Shown: positions 45,383 through 54,475 of the stretch, piece after piece
Position numbering within the stretch: position 1 is the stretch's first letter
Layout: each line of letters starts with the position of its first letter
Assembly (NCBI GenBank): GCA_963714385.1
Contig: CAVQOJ010000002.1
Coordinates: forward strand, 326,528 to 390,527
From: an uncultured Holophagae bacterium
GTDB lineage: Bacteria; Acidobacteriota; Thermoanaerobaculia; Thermoanaerobaculales; Sulfomarinibacteraceae
Reading direction: 5' to 3'
DNA length: 64,000 nucleotides
Made by a program: the position numbers and the translations under genes
The notes under the pieces: generated by a model
Told to the model about the DNA's origin: nothing
What the model saw: only the letters and a program-made list of their open reading frames with translations
Databases searched by the model: none

Positions 45383-47254
45383 TCAATCTTGAACCGTGGT
45401 CTCCAGGCGGTAGTCGAGGGTGTCCAGCGTGGCTGTGACCTGGGCCTCGTAAGCACTGCCAAAGACCATGTCCTCGAGCCGCTTCGACACCGGCATCACC
45501 ACCGGGAAACCCTCCCAGGGGACCGGCTCCCCGGTGGCGGCATCGATGACCCGGCCTTCATCCACCGCGCGACTCGCCTCCGCCAGCGGCAACCCCTCGA
45601 GCGCCCGCCGATACGCCCGGAACCGGGCCTCGTGCTCCGGGCGCACGAAGCGCACCATCCGCCGGCTCTGGGTTGCCACGTGATAGCTGGAGGGGCTGTG
45701 GGAGAGCCCGTCGAGCTCGAGCTTCTCGCACACCACCACCAGCCAGCCGAGCACCTCCTTGAGCATCCCGAGGCCCGGGTAGGTCTGGCCCGGCAGAGGC
45801 TGGCGATAGGGACCGAAATGGGCGCGCGGATTCTGCAGCAGCAACCACTCCACCGCCAGTAGGTCGAGACCCTTCAGCTGCCTCGTCGTGCGGTGGACCC
45901 GGAGCTCCATCAACAGCTCGGATCGGTCGAGGCCGCCGAAGATGCGGATCGTCTGCCCCAGCGGATGACTCAGGTCCACGTCCACCGTCGGATGGGCGAA
46001 GCCGCACATGCGCAGCCGATCGAGGATCCCGAACTTCTCCAACATCAGCTCCACGCCGTGTCGGGAAAAAAAGCCCAGGAACCGCGTCTCGTGCACCGCC
46101 TCGGGCAGGATCCCCGCCAGGTCCTCCTCCGAGAAGTTCCAGGAGAAGTCGTTGGGCTCGGCAGTCAGGCTCGACGGCTCCAAGGTCGCCCAGATCCTAC
46201 GGAATCGCCGCAGCACGAGCTGCTCGTTATCCGGCGGCTCGACGTTCTTATTGGTCAGCCTCCAGGCCAGGAATCGCGCCGTGTACTTCCAGGACTCGAC
46301 GCCGTAGCCGCCACCGAGGACCACCACAACCGGAACCGCGCGGCCCCGGCCGCGGACCAGCTCCATCACGAACTGATCCCGTCTCAGCATGCCGTCCGGT
46401 GACAGCCGCCAGCCGCCGAGAGCGTCATCGGCAGCACCGTCCGTCCCTGCGACGTAGATCACCAGCCCCGGCCGCACCGAGTCCACGACGTCCGGCAGGG
46501 TCTTCAGCAGGGTGCCGAGCAGGAGCTCGTCGCCAACCTCGAGCCCCAGGGCGAGATCGGTGGAGGCCACCGCGTCCGGTTCACTCCAGTGCTCGGCGTG
46601 GATCGAGTAGGTATGGACCGACGGATCCCGGGCGAAGATGGACCGGGTGCCATCGCCGTCGTGCATATCGAGGTCGATCACCAGCACCGGGTCTTTGAAA
46701 CCCTTGGCCCGGAGGCGGGCGATGGCCACCGCCACATCGTTGAACAGGCAAAAGCCGCCCCCCGCATCTCGACGGGCGTGGTGCAGCCCCCCACCCAGGT
46801 TCACCGCCACCCCCCGGTTGGCAAGTGCCAGGATGGTGCCGAGGATGGTGCCGCCAACCATCATTCGTTGCATTTCGACCACGTTCTCCATCAGGTCATC
46901 GGCGACCGAGGCGCCGAAGATCCTCAGCGCGGTCTCGCGAAACTGCAACGACTCGAGGTACTCGGCATCGTGAACGCGCAACAGGTTGCGCAGCGAGGGG
47001 TGGCGTGGCACCCGGATGTCCTCGCTCAGCAGGAGCCCCTCGTCCGCCAGGAACGACAGCACCCGCTGAGCGCGCAGGTGATCGAGGGGAACGGCGTCAA
47101 GGCTGCCCCCGTAGGCCTCGTGGTAGACGAATCGAACACCGTGCCACCACCACTTTCGCCGGAACCGGCGCCACCGGCTCCGGACCGCCCGCGCAGCCCG
47201 GCAGGCGAGCGACTGCTTGGCCTGTGATTCATTCTCGGTGTCGGGCGCCGCCAT
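45383..47254 (-). CDS. histone-deacetylase-family (class II-like) deacetylase fused to an uncharacterised ~290-aa C-terminal domain
   Basis: 623 aa from ATG 47254. GGLHHARRDAGGGFCLFNDVAVAI, DLDMHDGDGT, GGGY motifs in the N-terminal half. The C-terminal half has no motif I recognise. Upstream part of track ORF 45383..47611 is repeat-derived. Confidence 0.8.
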   Translation of the reverse strand: MAAPDTENESQAKQSLACRAARAVRSRWRRFRRKWWWHGVRFVYHEAYGGSLDAVPLDHLRAQRVLSFLADEGLLLSEDIRVPRHPSLRNLLRVHDAEYLESLQFRETALRIFGASVADDLMENVVEMQRMMVGGTILGTILALANRGVAVNLGGGLHHARRDAGGGFCLFNDVAVAIARLRAKGFKDPVLVIDLDMHDGDGTRSIFARDPSVHTYSIHAEHWSEPDAVASTDLALGLEVGDELLLGTLLKTLPDVVDSVRPGLVIYVAGTDGAADDALGGWRLSPDGMLRRDQFVMELVRGRGRAVPVVVVLGGGYGVESWKYTARFLAWRLTNKNVEPPDNEQLVLRRFRRIWATLEPSSLTAEPNDFSWNFSEEDLAGILPEAVHETRFLGFFSRHGVELMLEKFGILDRLRMCGFAHPTVDVDLSHPLGQTIRIFGGLDRSELLMELRVHRTTRQLKGLDLLAVEWLLLQNPRAHFGPYRQPLPGQTYPGLGMLKEVLGWLVVVCEKLELDGLSHSPSSYHVATQSRRMVRFVRPEHEARFRAYRRALEGLPLAEASRAVDEGRVIDAATGEPVPWEGFPVVMPVSKRLEDMVFGSAYEAQVTATLDTLDYRLETTVQD

Positions 47255-47284
47255 GGGGCGAGTATAGCTGCAGCGGTGGGAGAT

Positions 47285-47381
47285 CCCCCGCCCACCCTGT
47301 TGAAAGTTGAAAGTTGAAAGTTGAAAGTTCCCGCCCACCGAATTGAAAATTACAGATTGCAAATTGAAAATTGAAAATTGG
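47285..47381. repeat. C-box, GTTGAAA x4, C-box, GAAAATT-type x6
   Basis: cccccgcccaccct | gttgaaa x4 gtt | cccgcccacc | gaattga aaattac agattgc aaattga aaattga aaattgg. Confidence 0.9.
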
Positions 47382-47659
47382 GAGACGGTACGCTCGTCAA
47401 GGGGAGAAGGGGAGGTGGGAATTCGGAACTCGCCGACGGCAGCAGCCCACAGCCGTGGCCATGGGGGTCGTCGCGAGGCGCCGTGAGACCAGCCGACAAA
47501 GCCGGCGCGTGGCGAACGGCGTCCCGAGGAGCAACGCGACGAGGGAGCTGGGGCTGGCCTACGGCTGTCTGCTGGTGGCGGTGAGTCGCCGCGGCCAGCG
47601 GCCGCGAGCAATTCTGAAAACCCCTCTCTACGATTCTGGTTGCCTCATAGCCCCATGGC

Positions 47660-47694
47660 TTTTGACTTTTGACTTTTGACTGGGGTTGGGTGGG
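47660..47694. repeat. heptad array (TTTTGAC x3) + G-box
   Basis: ttttgac ttttgac ttttgac tggggttgggtggg, ending 4 nt before the TraB-family gene stop. Confidence 0.9.
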
Positions 47695-47697
47695 AGA

Positions 47698-48693
47698 TCA
47701 GAGCTGCTCGACGGTGTAGCCCTTGCTCCTCAGCATCTCGATCACGCCATCGTCGCCGACCAGGTGGAGAGCCCCGACCACCACGAACGCCGGCTCGGCG
47801 CCGGCGAGCAGCTCTTCGAGTCGCGGCAGCCACGTCGCGTTGCGGTCGCTGACCATCGTTTTGAACAGCTCCGGAAACTGGAGAAATCCCTCCACCAACA
47901 ACGCCCCGGCCTCCTCCACCCGACCGTTCCGCCAGTGATCGACAAGCTCATCCACCATGGGGATCACCGTGTCCAGCTCGCGCACGGTCTGGAGCAAAAA
48001 GGCCTCGTCCTGCTCCCTGGACAACCCTGCCAGGAGACTCAACTGAAACTCGACGGTCTCCAGGCCCTGGACCGTCTTGCCGCCATCCCTCGCCCGCCGA
48101 TAGAGGTACCTATCGACGCCGTCGGTGGGCGAGTAGCCCGCGCCCTGCAGCTCGGTCAGGGCGAGGGTGGTCGCAACCATCCACGGTCGCATCCCCTGCA
48201 TGCCGTCGAAATCGAGTCCGCTCTCGGTCGCACGCCGCTCCGCAAGCTTCCAGGTTTCGTCGGAAACCACCTCCCGCAGACTCGTTCCCTCGGGCAGCAT
48301 GCCTGCGGCGAGGGCCCCGAAGGCCGCCGCCGCGGTGCCCTCGGCGCCCAGATCTACCTCGAAGACCGCAACCGACGACACCTCGAACGCCGTCTCGATC
48401 TCCTCCGCGAGAGGGTAGGCTTCGGGCCTCATGAGATGCACCGACCCGAGGAGGTACAGGGTGGCGGTGGCCGACCGGGCCCGCCACAGGCAGTGCTTGC
48501 CAGCGTGAGTCGCGGCGAGTGTTTCCTGCCCGAACGCAGCAGGCATCGCGGCGGCCATCAAGCCACCCCACACGATGATCGAACCCACGGTCGCAAGCCG
48601 CCGACTTCGGGTGCCGCGATTCCCGTCGCGCCCGATCAGCATTTTCGGGTCATCCGGACGCCGGTCCTGCAGCAGCATCACCTTCATGACCAC
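47698..48693 (-). CDS. TraB/GumN family protein (secreted)
   Basis: [17 protein letters not shown]..., [13 protein letters not shown] motifs of the family. Signal-like [25 protein letters not shown]. True start possibly ATG 48642. Confidence 0.7.
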   Translation of the reverse strand: MVMKVMLLQDRRPDDPKMLIGRDGNRGTRSRRLATVGSIIVWGGLMAAAMPAAFGQETLAATHAGKHCLWRARSATATLYLLGSVHLMRPEAYPLAEEIETAFEVSSVAVFEVDLGAEGTAAAAFGALAAGMLPEGTSLREVVSDETWKLAERRATESGLDFDGMQGMRPWMVATTLALTELQGAGYSPTDGVDRYLYRRARDGGKTVQGLETVEFQLSLLAGLSREQDEAFLLQTVRELDTVIPMVDELVDHWRNGRVEEAGALLVEGFLQFPELFKTMVSDRNATWLPRLEELLAGAEPAFVVVGALHLVGDDGVIEMLRSKGYTVEQL

Positions 48694-48748
48694 CAGCTTA
48701 CTGAATCGGCCGTGCTATGGTTGCGCCCGCAGGCGAAAGGAGACAACG

Positions 48749-49264
48749 ATGGCCAATCCAAAGGCGATTTTCGACACCTCCAAGGGCACCTTCTCGGTGG
48801 AGGTCTTCCGCGACGAGATGCCTCTGACGGCCGGCAACTTCATCCGACTCGCCGAGGACGGTTTTTACGACGGCCTCCATTTCCACCGGGTCATCTCCGG
48901 GTTCATGATCCAGTTCGGCTGTCCCCACAGCCAAGACCCGGCCAGCCCGCGTTGCGGCACCGGCGGACCACCGCACGGCACCATCGACGACGAGTTCCTC
49001 GAGACCGCCAAGTTCTCCAACGAACCGGGGACCCTGTCCATGGCCAACACCGGCCGACCGAACAGCGGCGGCTCCCAGTTCTTCATCAACACCGCCCACA
49101 ACTCCTACCTGGATTGGTTCTCCGGCGGACCGTCGAAACACCCTGTATTCGGCAAGATCGTCGACGGCATGGACGTGGTCACTGCGATCGAAACCACCCC
49201 CACGGGGCCCGGAGACCGGCCCAAGAACCCCATTCGGGTCAACAGCATCACCATCGTCGAGTAG
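48749..49264 (+). CDS. ppiB: peptidyl-prolyl cis-trans isomerase (cyclophilin type)
   Basis: 171 aa from ATG 48749 (AAGGAG upstream). [34 protein letters not shown]. Confidence 0.9.
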   Translation: MANPKAIFDTSKGTFSVEVFRDEMPLTAGNFIRLAEDGFYDGLHFHRVISGFMIQFGCPHSQDPASPRCGTGGPPHGTIDDEFLETAKFSNEPGTLSMANTGRPNSGGSQFFINTAHNSYLDWFSGGPSKHPVFGKIVDGMDVVTAIETTPTGPGDRPKNPIRVNSITIVE

Positions 49265-49303
49265 GGGGGTCGACAGCCGCCCTGACCCTGGTCCTCCATT
49301 AGA

Positions 49304-49407
49304 AATTGCGAATTGCGAATTGCGAATTCGGGCCATCCAAGATCGCGGGTGCTCATTTCCAAAGGGGTCGGCAGGCGGCCAATTCGTAATTCGTCATTCG
49401 TAAATCG
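49304..49407. repeat. AATTCGY hairpin element, degenerate core in inverted orientation
   Basis: aattgcg x3 aattcg | ggccatccaagatcgcgggtgctcatttccaaaggggtCGGCAGGCggc | aattcgt aattcgt cattcgt aaatcg. Between convergent ppiB and rnhA. Confidence 0.9.
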
Positions 49408-49427
49408 AACCCGAGGGAGCGCGGTCG

Positions 49428-50339
49428 TCAATCGCTTTCGCTCGTTCCCTCGTCTGCGAGGGCTTCGGTTGCGAGCCGCTTGGCCTCCTCCAACTCGGGG
49501 GGAAGGTTGCCGCGGCTGGCCACGTGCCAGCTGACCGAGTGCCGCCGCAGCTGTTCGTCCAGCTTTTTCCACAGTCCGGTGTGGCCCACCGGCCGGCCGT
49601 CCCGGGTCTGCCAGTTTCGTGCCCGCCAACCGCCCAGCCATGAGGTGGCGCCGTCCTTGAGATAGTCGGAAACGGTGTAGGCGTGCACCCGCACCGGGCG
49701 TTTGAGCGCGTTAAGACCGACGACCGCGCCGTGGATGTGCATCCGGTTGGCCGATGCGCCGTTCTGGCGACCATATAGGGCCTTGTCGCGGTCGCCGAAG
49801 GCCAGCAGCGCCGACCAGCTGCCCACGTCACGCTTCGCCGAGCGGGCGACGCCGAGGAAGATGTGGACGGCGCCGGGGTCCTCCACCGGCAGCGGCGGTC
49901 GTGGTATGGCCTCCGACGCGAGCCGATCGGCCCGTTCGTTCCAGCGATCCCCGGCATGTCCCTTCACCCACTCCCAGTCCACCGTGTGGCGCTCCAGCTC
50001 GCCGGCCAGCTCGCGCCACAGGTCGTCGTTGAGCACCGGTTTCTTGGCCGCGGTCTTCCAGCCGTTGGCGCGCCACCGGTCGATCCACTGGGTGATTCCC
50101 TTGCGCAGGTACTCGGAGTCGGTGATCAGCCGGACCCGGTGGCCCTTGTCGAGCGCGCGCAGGCCCTCGATCGCAGCGCGCAGCTCCATGCGGTTGTTGG
50201 TGGCCTCCGGCTCGCCGCCGGAAAGCTCCCCCACCTTTTTGCCGTTTCTGATCAACACGGCTGCCCAGCCGCCGGGACCCGGATTCGGCCGGCAACCGCC
50301 GTCGGTGTAGATGGTGACCCCAGGCAGGCCACCGCTCAT
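49428..50339 (-). CDS. rnhA: ribonuclease HI followed by a second, catalytically degenerate RNase H-like domain
   Basis: 303 aa from ATG 50339 (ATGA overlap with the upstream SDR). Domain 1: [30 protein letters not shown]. Domain 2 aligns ([15 protein letters not shown]) but lacks most catalytic carboxylates. Confidence 0.85.
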   Translation of the reverse strand: MSGGLPGVTIYTDGGCRPNPGPGGWAAVLIRNGKKVGELSGGEPEATNNRMELRAAIEGLRALDKGHRVRLITDSEYLRKGITQWIDRWRANGWKTAAKKPVLNDDLWRELAGELERHTVDWEWVKGHAGDRWNERADRLASEAIPRPPLPVEDPGAVHIFLGVARSAKRDVGSWSALLAFGDRDKALYGRQNGASANRMHIHGAVVGLNALKRPVRVHAYTVSDYLKDGATSWLGGWRARNWQTRDGRPVGHTGLWKKLDEQLRRHSVSWHVASRGNLPPELEEAKRLATEALADEGTSESD

Positions 50340-51139
50340 CGCGGCCTCCGGCGGCCGAATCGGCGTACCAACACGGCGAGCAAGCCCGGCGTGAAACGGG
50401 ACAGGGCCACCGCGACCTTGCCGTGGCCGGTGAGCACCACCTTGCGCCGCCGGCGAACGATGGCGGAGACCGTCTTGCTGGCTGCGCGATCGACAGGCAT
50501 TCGGATCCAGCGGGGCATGGGGTCCTTCCTGTCGGCGTGATAAACGCCCAGGTTGTCCACCTGGCGAATTTCCGAGTCGGTGAAGCCCGGTTCGATCAGG
50601 GTGACCCCAACCCCGGTCGCGGCGAACTCGAACCACAGCGAGTCGGCCAGCGCGCGGACCGCGAACTTGCTCATGCTGTACGGCGATGACCCGGGAACGG
50701 CCACCTCACCGGAAACGCTGCCGACGATGCCAAGACAACCCCGGCTCGCCTCGAGAGCTTCGCGGGTCGCGAACACCGTCCGCAGGACACCGAAAACGTT
50801 GGTCTCGAATTGCCGGCGGTAGTCCTCCAGGGTGAGTCTGGCGAGAACTCCGCCGACTCCAAAGCCCGCGTTGGCCACCACCCAGTCGATGCTGCCGAAC
50901 TCGTCGATCGCGGCAGCCACCGCCCGCTCCAGGTCGCCGTCGCGGGTCACATCGCAGGCGGCGGGCAGGGCGCGGCGGCCCAGTCCACGAACCCGTTCGG
51001 CCACCTCCCCGAGGAGGTCGTGACGGCGTGCGGCCAGCACCACGTCGGCTCCTCGGCGGGCGAACTCCTGGGCGACGGCGGCGCCGATTCCGGACGAGGC
51101 GCCGGTGATGAATGCAACCGAGTCGTCGATGTTCTTCAA
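50336..51139 (-). CDS. short-chain dehydrogenase/reductase
   Basis: [26 protein letters not shown]. Proposed TTG start 51139 (GGAGG 9 nt upstream). The track ORF extension to 51220 runs into a heptad array. Confidence 0.8.
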   Translation of the reverse strand: MKNIDDSVAFITGASSGIGAAVAQEFARRGADVVLAARRHDLLGEVAERVRGLGRRALPAACDVTRDGDLERAVAAAIDEFGSIDWVVANAGFGVGGVLARLTLEDYRRQFETNVFGVLRTVFATREALEASRGCLGIVGSVSGEVAVPGSSPYSMSKFAVRALADSLWFEFAATGVGVTLIEPGFTDSEIRQVDNLGVYHADRKDPMPRWIRMPVDRAASKTVSAIVRRRRKVVLTGHGKVAVALSRFTPGLLAVLVRRFGRRRPR

Positions 51140-51193
51140 GGTTGAGGACCTCCGCAATCGAGGATCTATGATCAGTTCGTCCAGCGCCAGTAT

Positions 51194-51256
51194 GATCCAA
51201 GATCGAAGATCAAAGATCAAAGGACGGTTTCTGAAATTTTGAATTCCGAATTCCGC
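51194..51256. repeat. two heptad arrays (GATCAAA x4; GAATTCC-type x3)
   Basis: gatccaa gatcgaa gatcaaa gatcaaa (51194-51221). gaaattt tgaattc cgaattc cgc (51233-51256). Confidence 0.9.
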
Positions 51257-51433
51257 TTTCAGCCGGCCGAGGGTCCTCTGCCCTTCTCACCTCCTCACCT
51301 TTTCATTTCTTCTCTTCTTCCCCTCCGCACCTCTGCCCTCCTTCACGGAGATGCGAACCCGGCGATTCGCTTCCCGTATACTCCCAGACGTCCCTGAGAG
51401 GATTCGACAAACCGCCAACAAGGGAGATCTTCC

Positions 51434-52594
51434 ATGCCGACGACTCGCCGTGATTTCATCCAGCTGTCGGCCCTCGCCGGCGCCGCCGGCATGGGCCTTG
51501 CCGCCGATGCGGCCTCGACATCGTCCCCGATCGGTCGCGCCACCAAGCCGCTCTCGATCCTGGTGCTCGGTGGCACCGGTCTGATCGGCCCCCCCATGGT
51601 GGCCCACGCCATCGAACGCGGCCACGAGGTGACGCTGTTCAACAGAGGGAAAACGAATACCCAGCTCTTTCCCGATCTGGAGAAAATCCAAGGGGACCGA
51701 AACGACGACCTGTCGGCGCTTGCGGCGGCGATTGAGGCGGGCCGGAAGTGGGACGTGGTGATCGACAACACCGCCATGATCCCGCGCTGGGTTCAGGAAA
51801 GTGCCGGCCTGCTCAAAAACAGCGCCGGTCTCTATCTCTACACGTCGTCGATTTCGGCGTACGCCGACGCCTCGAAACCGGGACAAGACGAAACGGCCCC
51901 GGTGGGCCAGATTTCCGACGACGAGACGGCAGCCGTGAAGACCAACCGCGACATCACCGGCGAGAACTACGGCCCGCTCAAGGCCCGCTGCGAAAAAGCC
52001 GCCGAGGATGCGTTTCCCGGGCACTGCATCGTGGTCCGGCCCGGGCTCATCGTCGGACCGGGCGACTACTCGGACCGCTTCACCTACTGGCCCGTCCGGA
52101 TTCACCGAGGCGGCGAGGTCATGGCCCCCGGCAACCCGACCGATCCGGTGCAGTTCATTGACTGCCGCGACCTGGGCGAGTGGTACATCCGGTTGGTGGA
52201 GGACAACGCGGTTGGCGTCTACAACGGCACCGGACCGGCGTCGGCATTGTCGATCGCCGAGATGCTCTACGGCATCCGGGCCACCACCTCTGCAGCCGTG
52301 TCCTTCACCTGGGTGCCCACCGACTTCCTCAAGGAGCACGATGTGGCGGAGTGGTCAGAGATGACCGTGTGGCTGCCGCCGGAAGGCGAGGACGCCGGCA
52401 TTTCCAGCGTTAGCATCGCCCGGGCGATCGCCGCCGGCCTGACCTTCCGCCCTCTCGCCACCACCGCCTTCGACACCGTCGAGTATTGGAACTCGTTGCC
52501 GGAGGATCGCAGGGCCGCGCCGCGGGCCGGGCTCGACCCCGACAAGGAAAAGGCTGTGCTCGCAGCTTGGCACGCGGCACAACGCAGTTCTTAA
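51434..52594 (+). CDS. Tat-signal NAD(P)-dependent epimerase/dehydratase-family (atypical SDR) protein
   Basis: Twin-arginine signal MPTTRRDFIQLSALAGAAGMGLAA. VLGGTGLIGPPMV Rossmann motif. Confidence 0.75.
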   Translation: MPTTRRDFIQLSALAGAAGMGLAADAASTSSPIGRATKPLSILVLGGTGLIGPPMVAHAIERGHEVTLFNRGKTNTQLFPDLEKIQGDRNDDLSALAAAIEAGRKWDVVIDNTAMIPRWVQESAGLLKNSAGLYLYTSSISAYADASKPGQDETAPVGQISDDETAAVKTNRDITGENYGPLKARCEKAAEDAFPGHCIVVRPGLIVGPGDYSDRFTYWPVRIHRGGEVMAPGNPTDPVQFIDCRDLGEWYIRLVEDNAVGVYNGTGPASALSIAEMLYGIRATTSAAVSFTWVPTDFLKEHDVAEWSEMTVWLPPEGEDAGISSVSIARAIAAGLTFRPLATTAFDTVEYWNSLPEDRRAAPRAGLDPDKEKAVLAAWHAAQRSS

Positions 52595-52705
52595 TTCTGA
52601 GTTCTGAGTTCTGAGTTCTGAGTTGCACACGGTCTCAAGTTCTCGAATCGCCGAGGGCCTTCCGGGGATGGAACTCAAAACTAAGAAATAAGAACTAGGA
52701 ACTCG
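52587..52705. repeat. imperfect hairpin element with GTTCTGA arms
   Basis: gttctta attctga gttctga x3 gttgc (52587-52626; contains the taa stop of the upstream gene at 52592-52594). Core with ccgagggccttccgggg. Imperfect complementary arm gaactca aaactaa gaaataa gaactag gaactcg (52671-52705). Confidence 0.85.
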
Positions 52706-52719
52706 TACGGCACTGGAGA

Positions 52720-54036
52720 ATGATGCTGAAACGTTTTCTCGAGAAGGTGGTGAATGTCAGTGACGAGGAGGTCTCCTCGCTGCTGCTGTCCACCCTCTAC
52801 TTCTTCCTGCTCTTCGCGGGGTACTTCATCATCCGGCCGCTGCGCGACGAAATGGGCATGCTCGGCGGAGTTCGAGACCTGGCATGGCTGTTCACCGGCA
52901 CCTTGGTGGGAATGCTCGTGGTCCACCCGATCTACACCGCGATGGTGGCACGCTTGCCTCGCCGCCGGTTCATTCCGCTGATCTACCGGTTCTTCGCGGC
53001 CAACCTGCTGCTCTTCTTCATCCTGATTCGAGTCGTGCCCACCGAGCACCACCTCTGGATCGCCCGGGTCTTCTTCATCTGGACCAGCGTTTTCAACCTG
53101 TTCGTGGTTTCGGTGTTTTGGTCGTTCATGGCCGATGTCTTTCGCCCCGACCAGGCCAAACGGCTGTTCGGGTTCATCGCGGTGGGCGGGACCCTGGGCG
53201 CGGTCGTCGGATCGGCAACGACGGCCTTTCTCGCCGAACGCATCACGCCGGTCAACCTGCTGCTGGTGACGGTGGTTCTCCTGGAGGGAGCCGTGCAGTG
53301 CTCCCGTCGAATCCAAGGAGAGTCCACGGCCAACCTCCCGACCCCCGATCATCCGAAGTCGGACCCGGAGGCCGCGATCGGCGGCGGCGTGCTGGCAGGA
53401 ATCGCCGCGGTCATCCGGTCACCCTACCTGCTGGGGATCTGCGCGTACCTGTTCTGCTACACCATCACCGCCACCTTCCTCTACTTCCAGCAGGCCGAGA
53501 TCGTGCCGGCGACCTTCGGCGACGATCGAGCCGCCCGCACGGTCTTTCTGGCTCGGATCGACCTGGCGGTGAACTCGCTCACCGCCCTGGCCCAGATCTT
53601 CGTCACCGGCCGCGTCCTCAAAAGGCTCGGGGTGGCGGTGTCGCTGGCCGTGCTGCCGGTGGTGTGCGCGGCAGGTTTCCTCACCCTCGCCGCAATGCCC
53701 ACCCTGGCCGCCCTCGCCACTTTTCAGATCCTCCGCAAGACCTCGAACTACGCCATCTCGAGACCGGGCCGCGAAGTCCTTTTCACGGTGCTTCCCCGCG
53801 AGCAGAAGTACAAGGCCAAGAACCTGATCGACACCTTCGTCTACCGGGCCGGCGACCAGGTCGGAGCCTGGTCCTACGCCGCCGCCCGCGGGTTGGGGCT
53901 GGCGATGACCGGGCTTTCCATGGCGGCGGTCCCGATCTCGGCCGTCTGGCTCGCCGTCGCCGTCTGGCTCGGACGTCGGCAGCGGCGACTGGAAGACACT
54001 TCCCGCCCGCCCGGCCAGTTGAAAGTTGAAGGTTGA
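52720..54036 (+). CDS. MFS-type transporter (Npt1/Npt2 / TLC-like family)
   Basis: 438 aa, ~12 TM. N-terminus VSSLLLSTLYFFLLFAGYFIIRPLRDEMG typical of this family. The last 6 codons (QLKVEG*) are encoded by a heptad array. Confidence 0.7.
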   Translation: MMLKRFLEKVVNVSDEEVSSLLLSTLYFFLLFAGYFIIRPLRDEMGMLGGVRDLAWLFTGTLVGMLVVHPIYTAMVARLPRRRFIPLIYRFFAANLLLFFILIRVVPTEHHLWIARVFFIWTSVFNLFVVSVFWSFMADVFRPDQAKRLFGFIAVGGTLGAVVGSATTAFLAERITPVNLLLVTVVLLEGAVQCSRRIQGESTANLPTPDHPKSDPEAAIGGGVLAGIAAVIRSPYLLGICAYLFCYTITATFLYFQQAEIVPATFGDDRAARTVFLARIDLAVNSLTALAQIFVTGRVLKRLGVAVSLAVLPVVCAAGFLTLAAMPTLAALATFQILRKTSNYAISRPGREVLFTVLPREQKYKAKNLIDTFVYRAGDQVGAWSYAAARGLGLAMTGLSMAAVPISAVWLAVAVWLGRRQRRLEDTSRPPGQLKVEG

Positions 54037-54063
54037 AAGTTGAAAGTCGAAAGTTGAAAGTCG
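54002..54063. repeat. C-box + heptad array (GTTGAAA-type x7)
   Basis: cccgcccgccc ggcca | gttgaaa gttgaag gttgaaa gttgaaa gtcgaaa gttgaaa gtcgg. Overlaps the MFS gene end and stops 15 nt before the ridA ATG. Confidence 0.9.
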
Positions 54064-54078
54064 GAGGGAGGCTGTGAC

Positions 54079-54462
54079 ATGAATCGAACCGTGATTTCGA
54101 CCGAAAAGGCGCCGGCAGCGGTCGGCCCGTACTCCCAGGCGGTGCGAACCGGCAACCTGATTTTCACCGCAGGTCAGGTCGCGCTGGTGCCCGCAACCGG
54201 ACGGGTCGAGGCGACCACGATCGAGGAGCAGACCCGCCAGGTGCTGCGCAACCTCGGGGCCGTGCTCGAGGCCGCGGGCAGCGGTCTCGACCGGGTGGTG
54301 AAGGCCACCGTCTTCATGACCGACCTGGGCGATTTTGCCGCCATGAACGCGGTCTACGGCGAGTACTTCCCGGCCGATCCACCCGCACGGTCGACGGTCG
54401 AGGTATCGGCGCTGCCCCTCGGCGTGAGCGTCGAGATCGAGGTGGTCGCCGTCGCGGGGTGA
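54079..54462 (+). CDS. ridA: RidA/YjgF-family reactive enamine/imine deaminase
   Basis: 127 aa. STEKAPAAVGPYSQAV...GNLIFTAGQ...ARSTVEVSALPLGVSVEIE. Confidence 0.9.
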   Translation: MNRTVISTEKAPAAVGPYSQAVRTGNLIFTAGQVALVPATGRVEATTIEEQTRQVLRNLGAVLEAAGSGLDRVVKATVFMTDLGDFAAMNAVYGEYFPADPPARSTVEVSALPLGVSVEIEVVAVAG

Positions 54463-54475
54463 CGGCGATTCCCGG

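Noticed and set aside
47382-47659. Possible hidden gene or sRNA in the ~280-bp unique segment between arrays upstream of the HDAC gene.
   Set aside because: I found no convincing ORF with start context, no recognisable RNA motif and no terminator. It cannot be supported from sequence alone.
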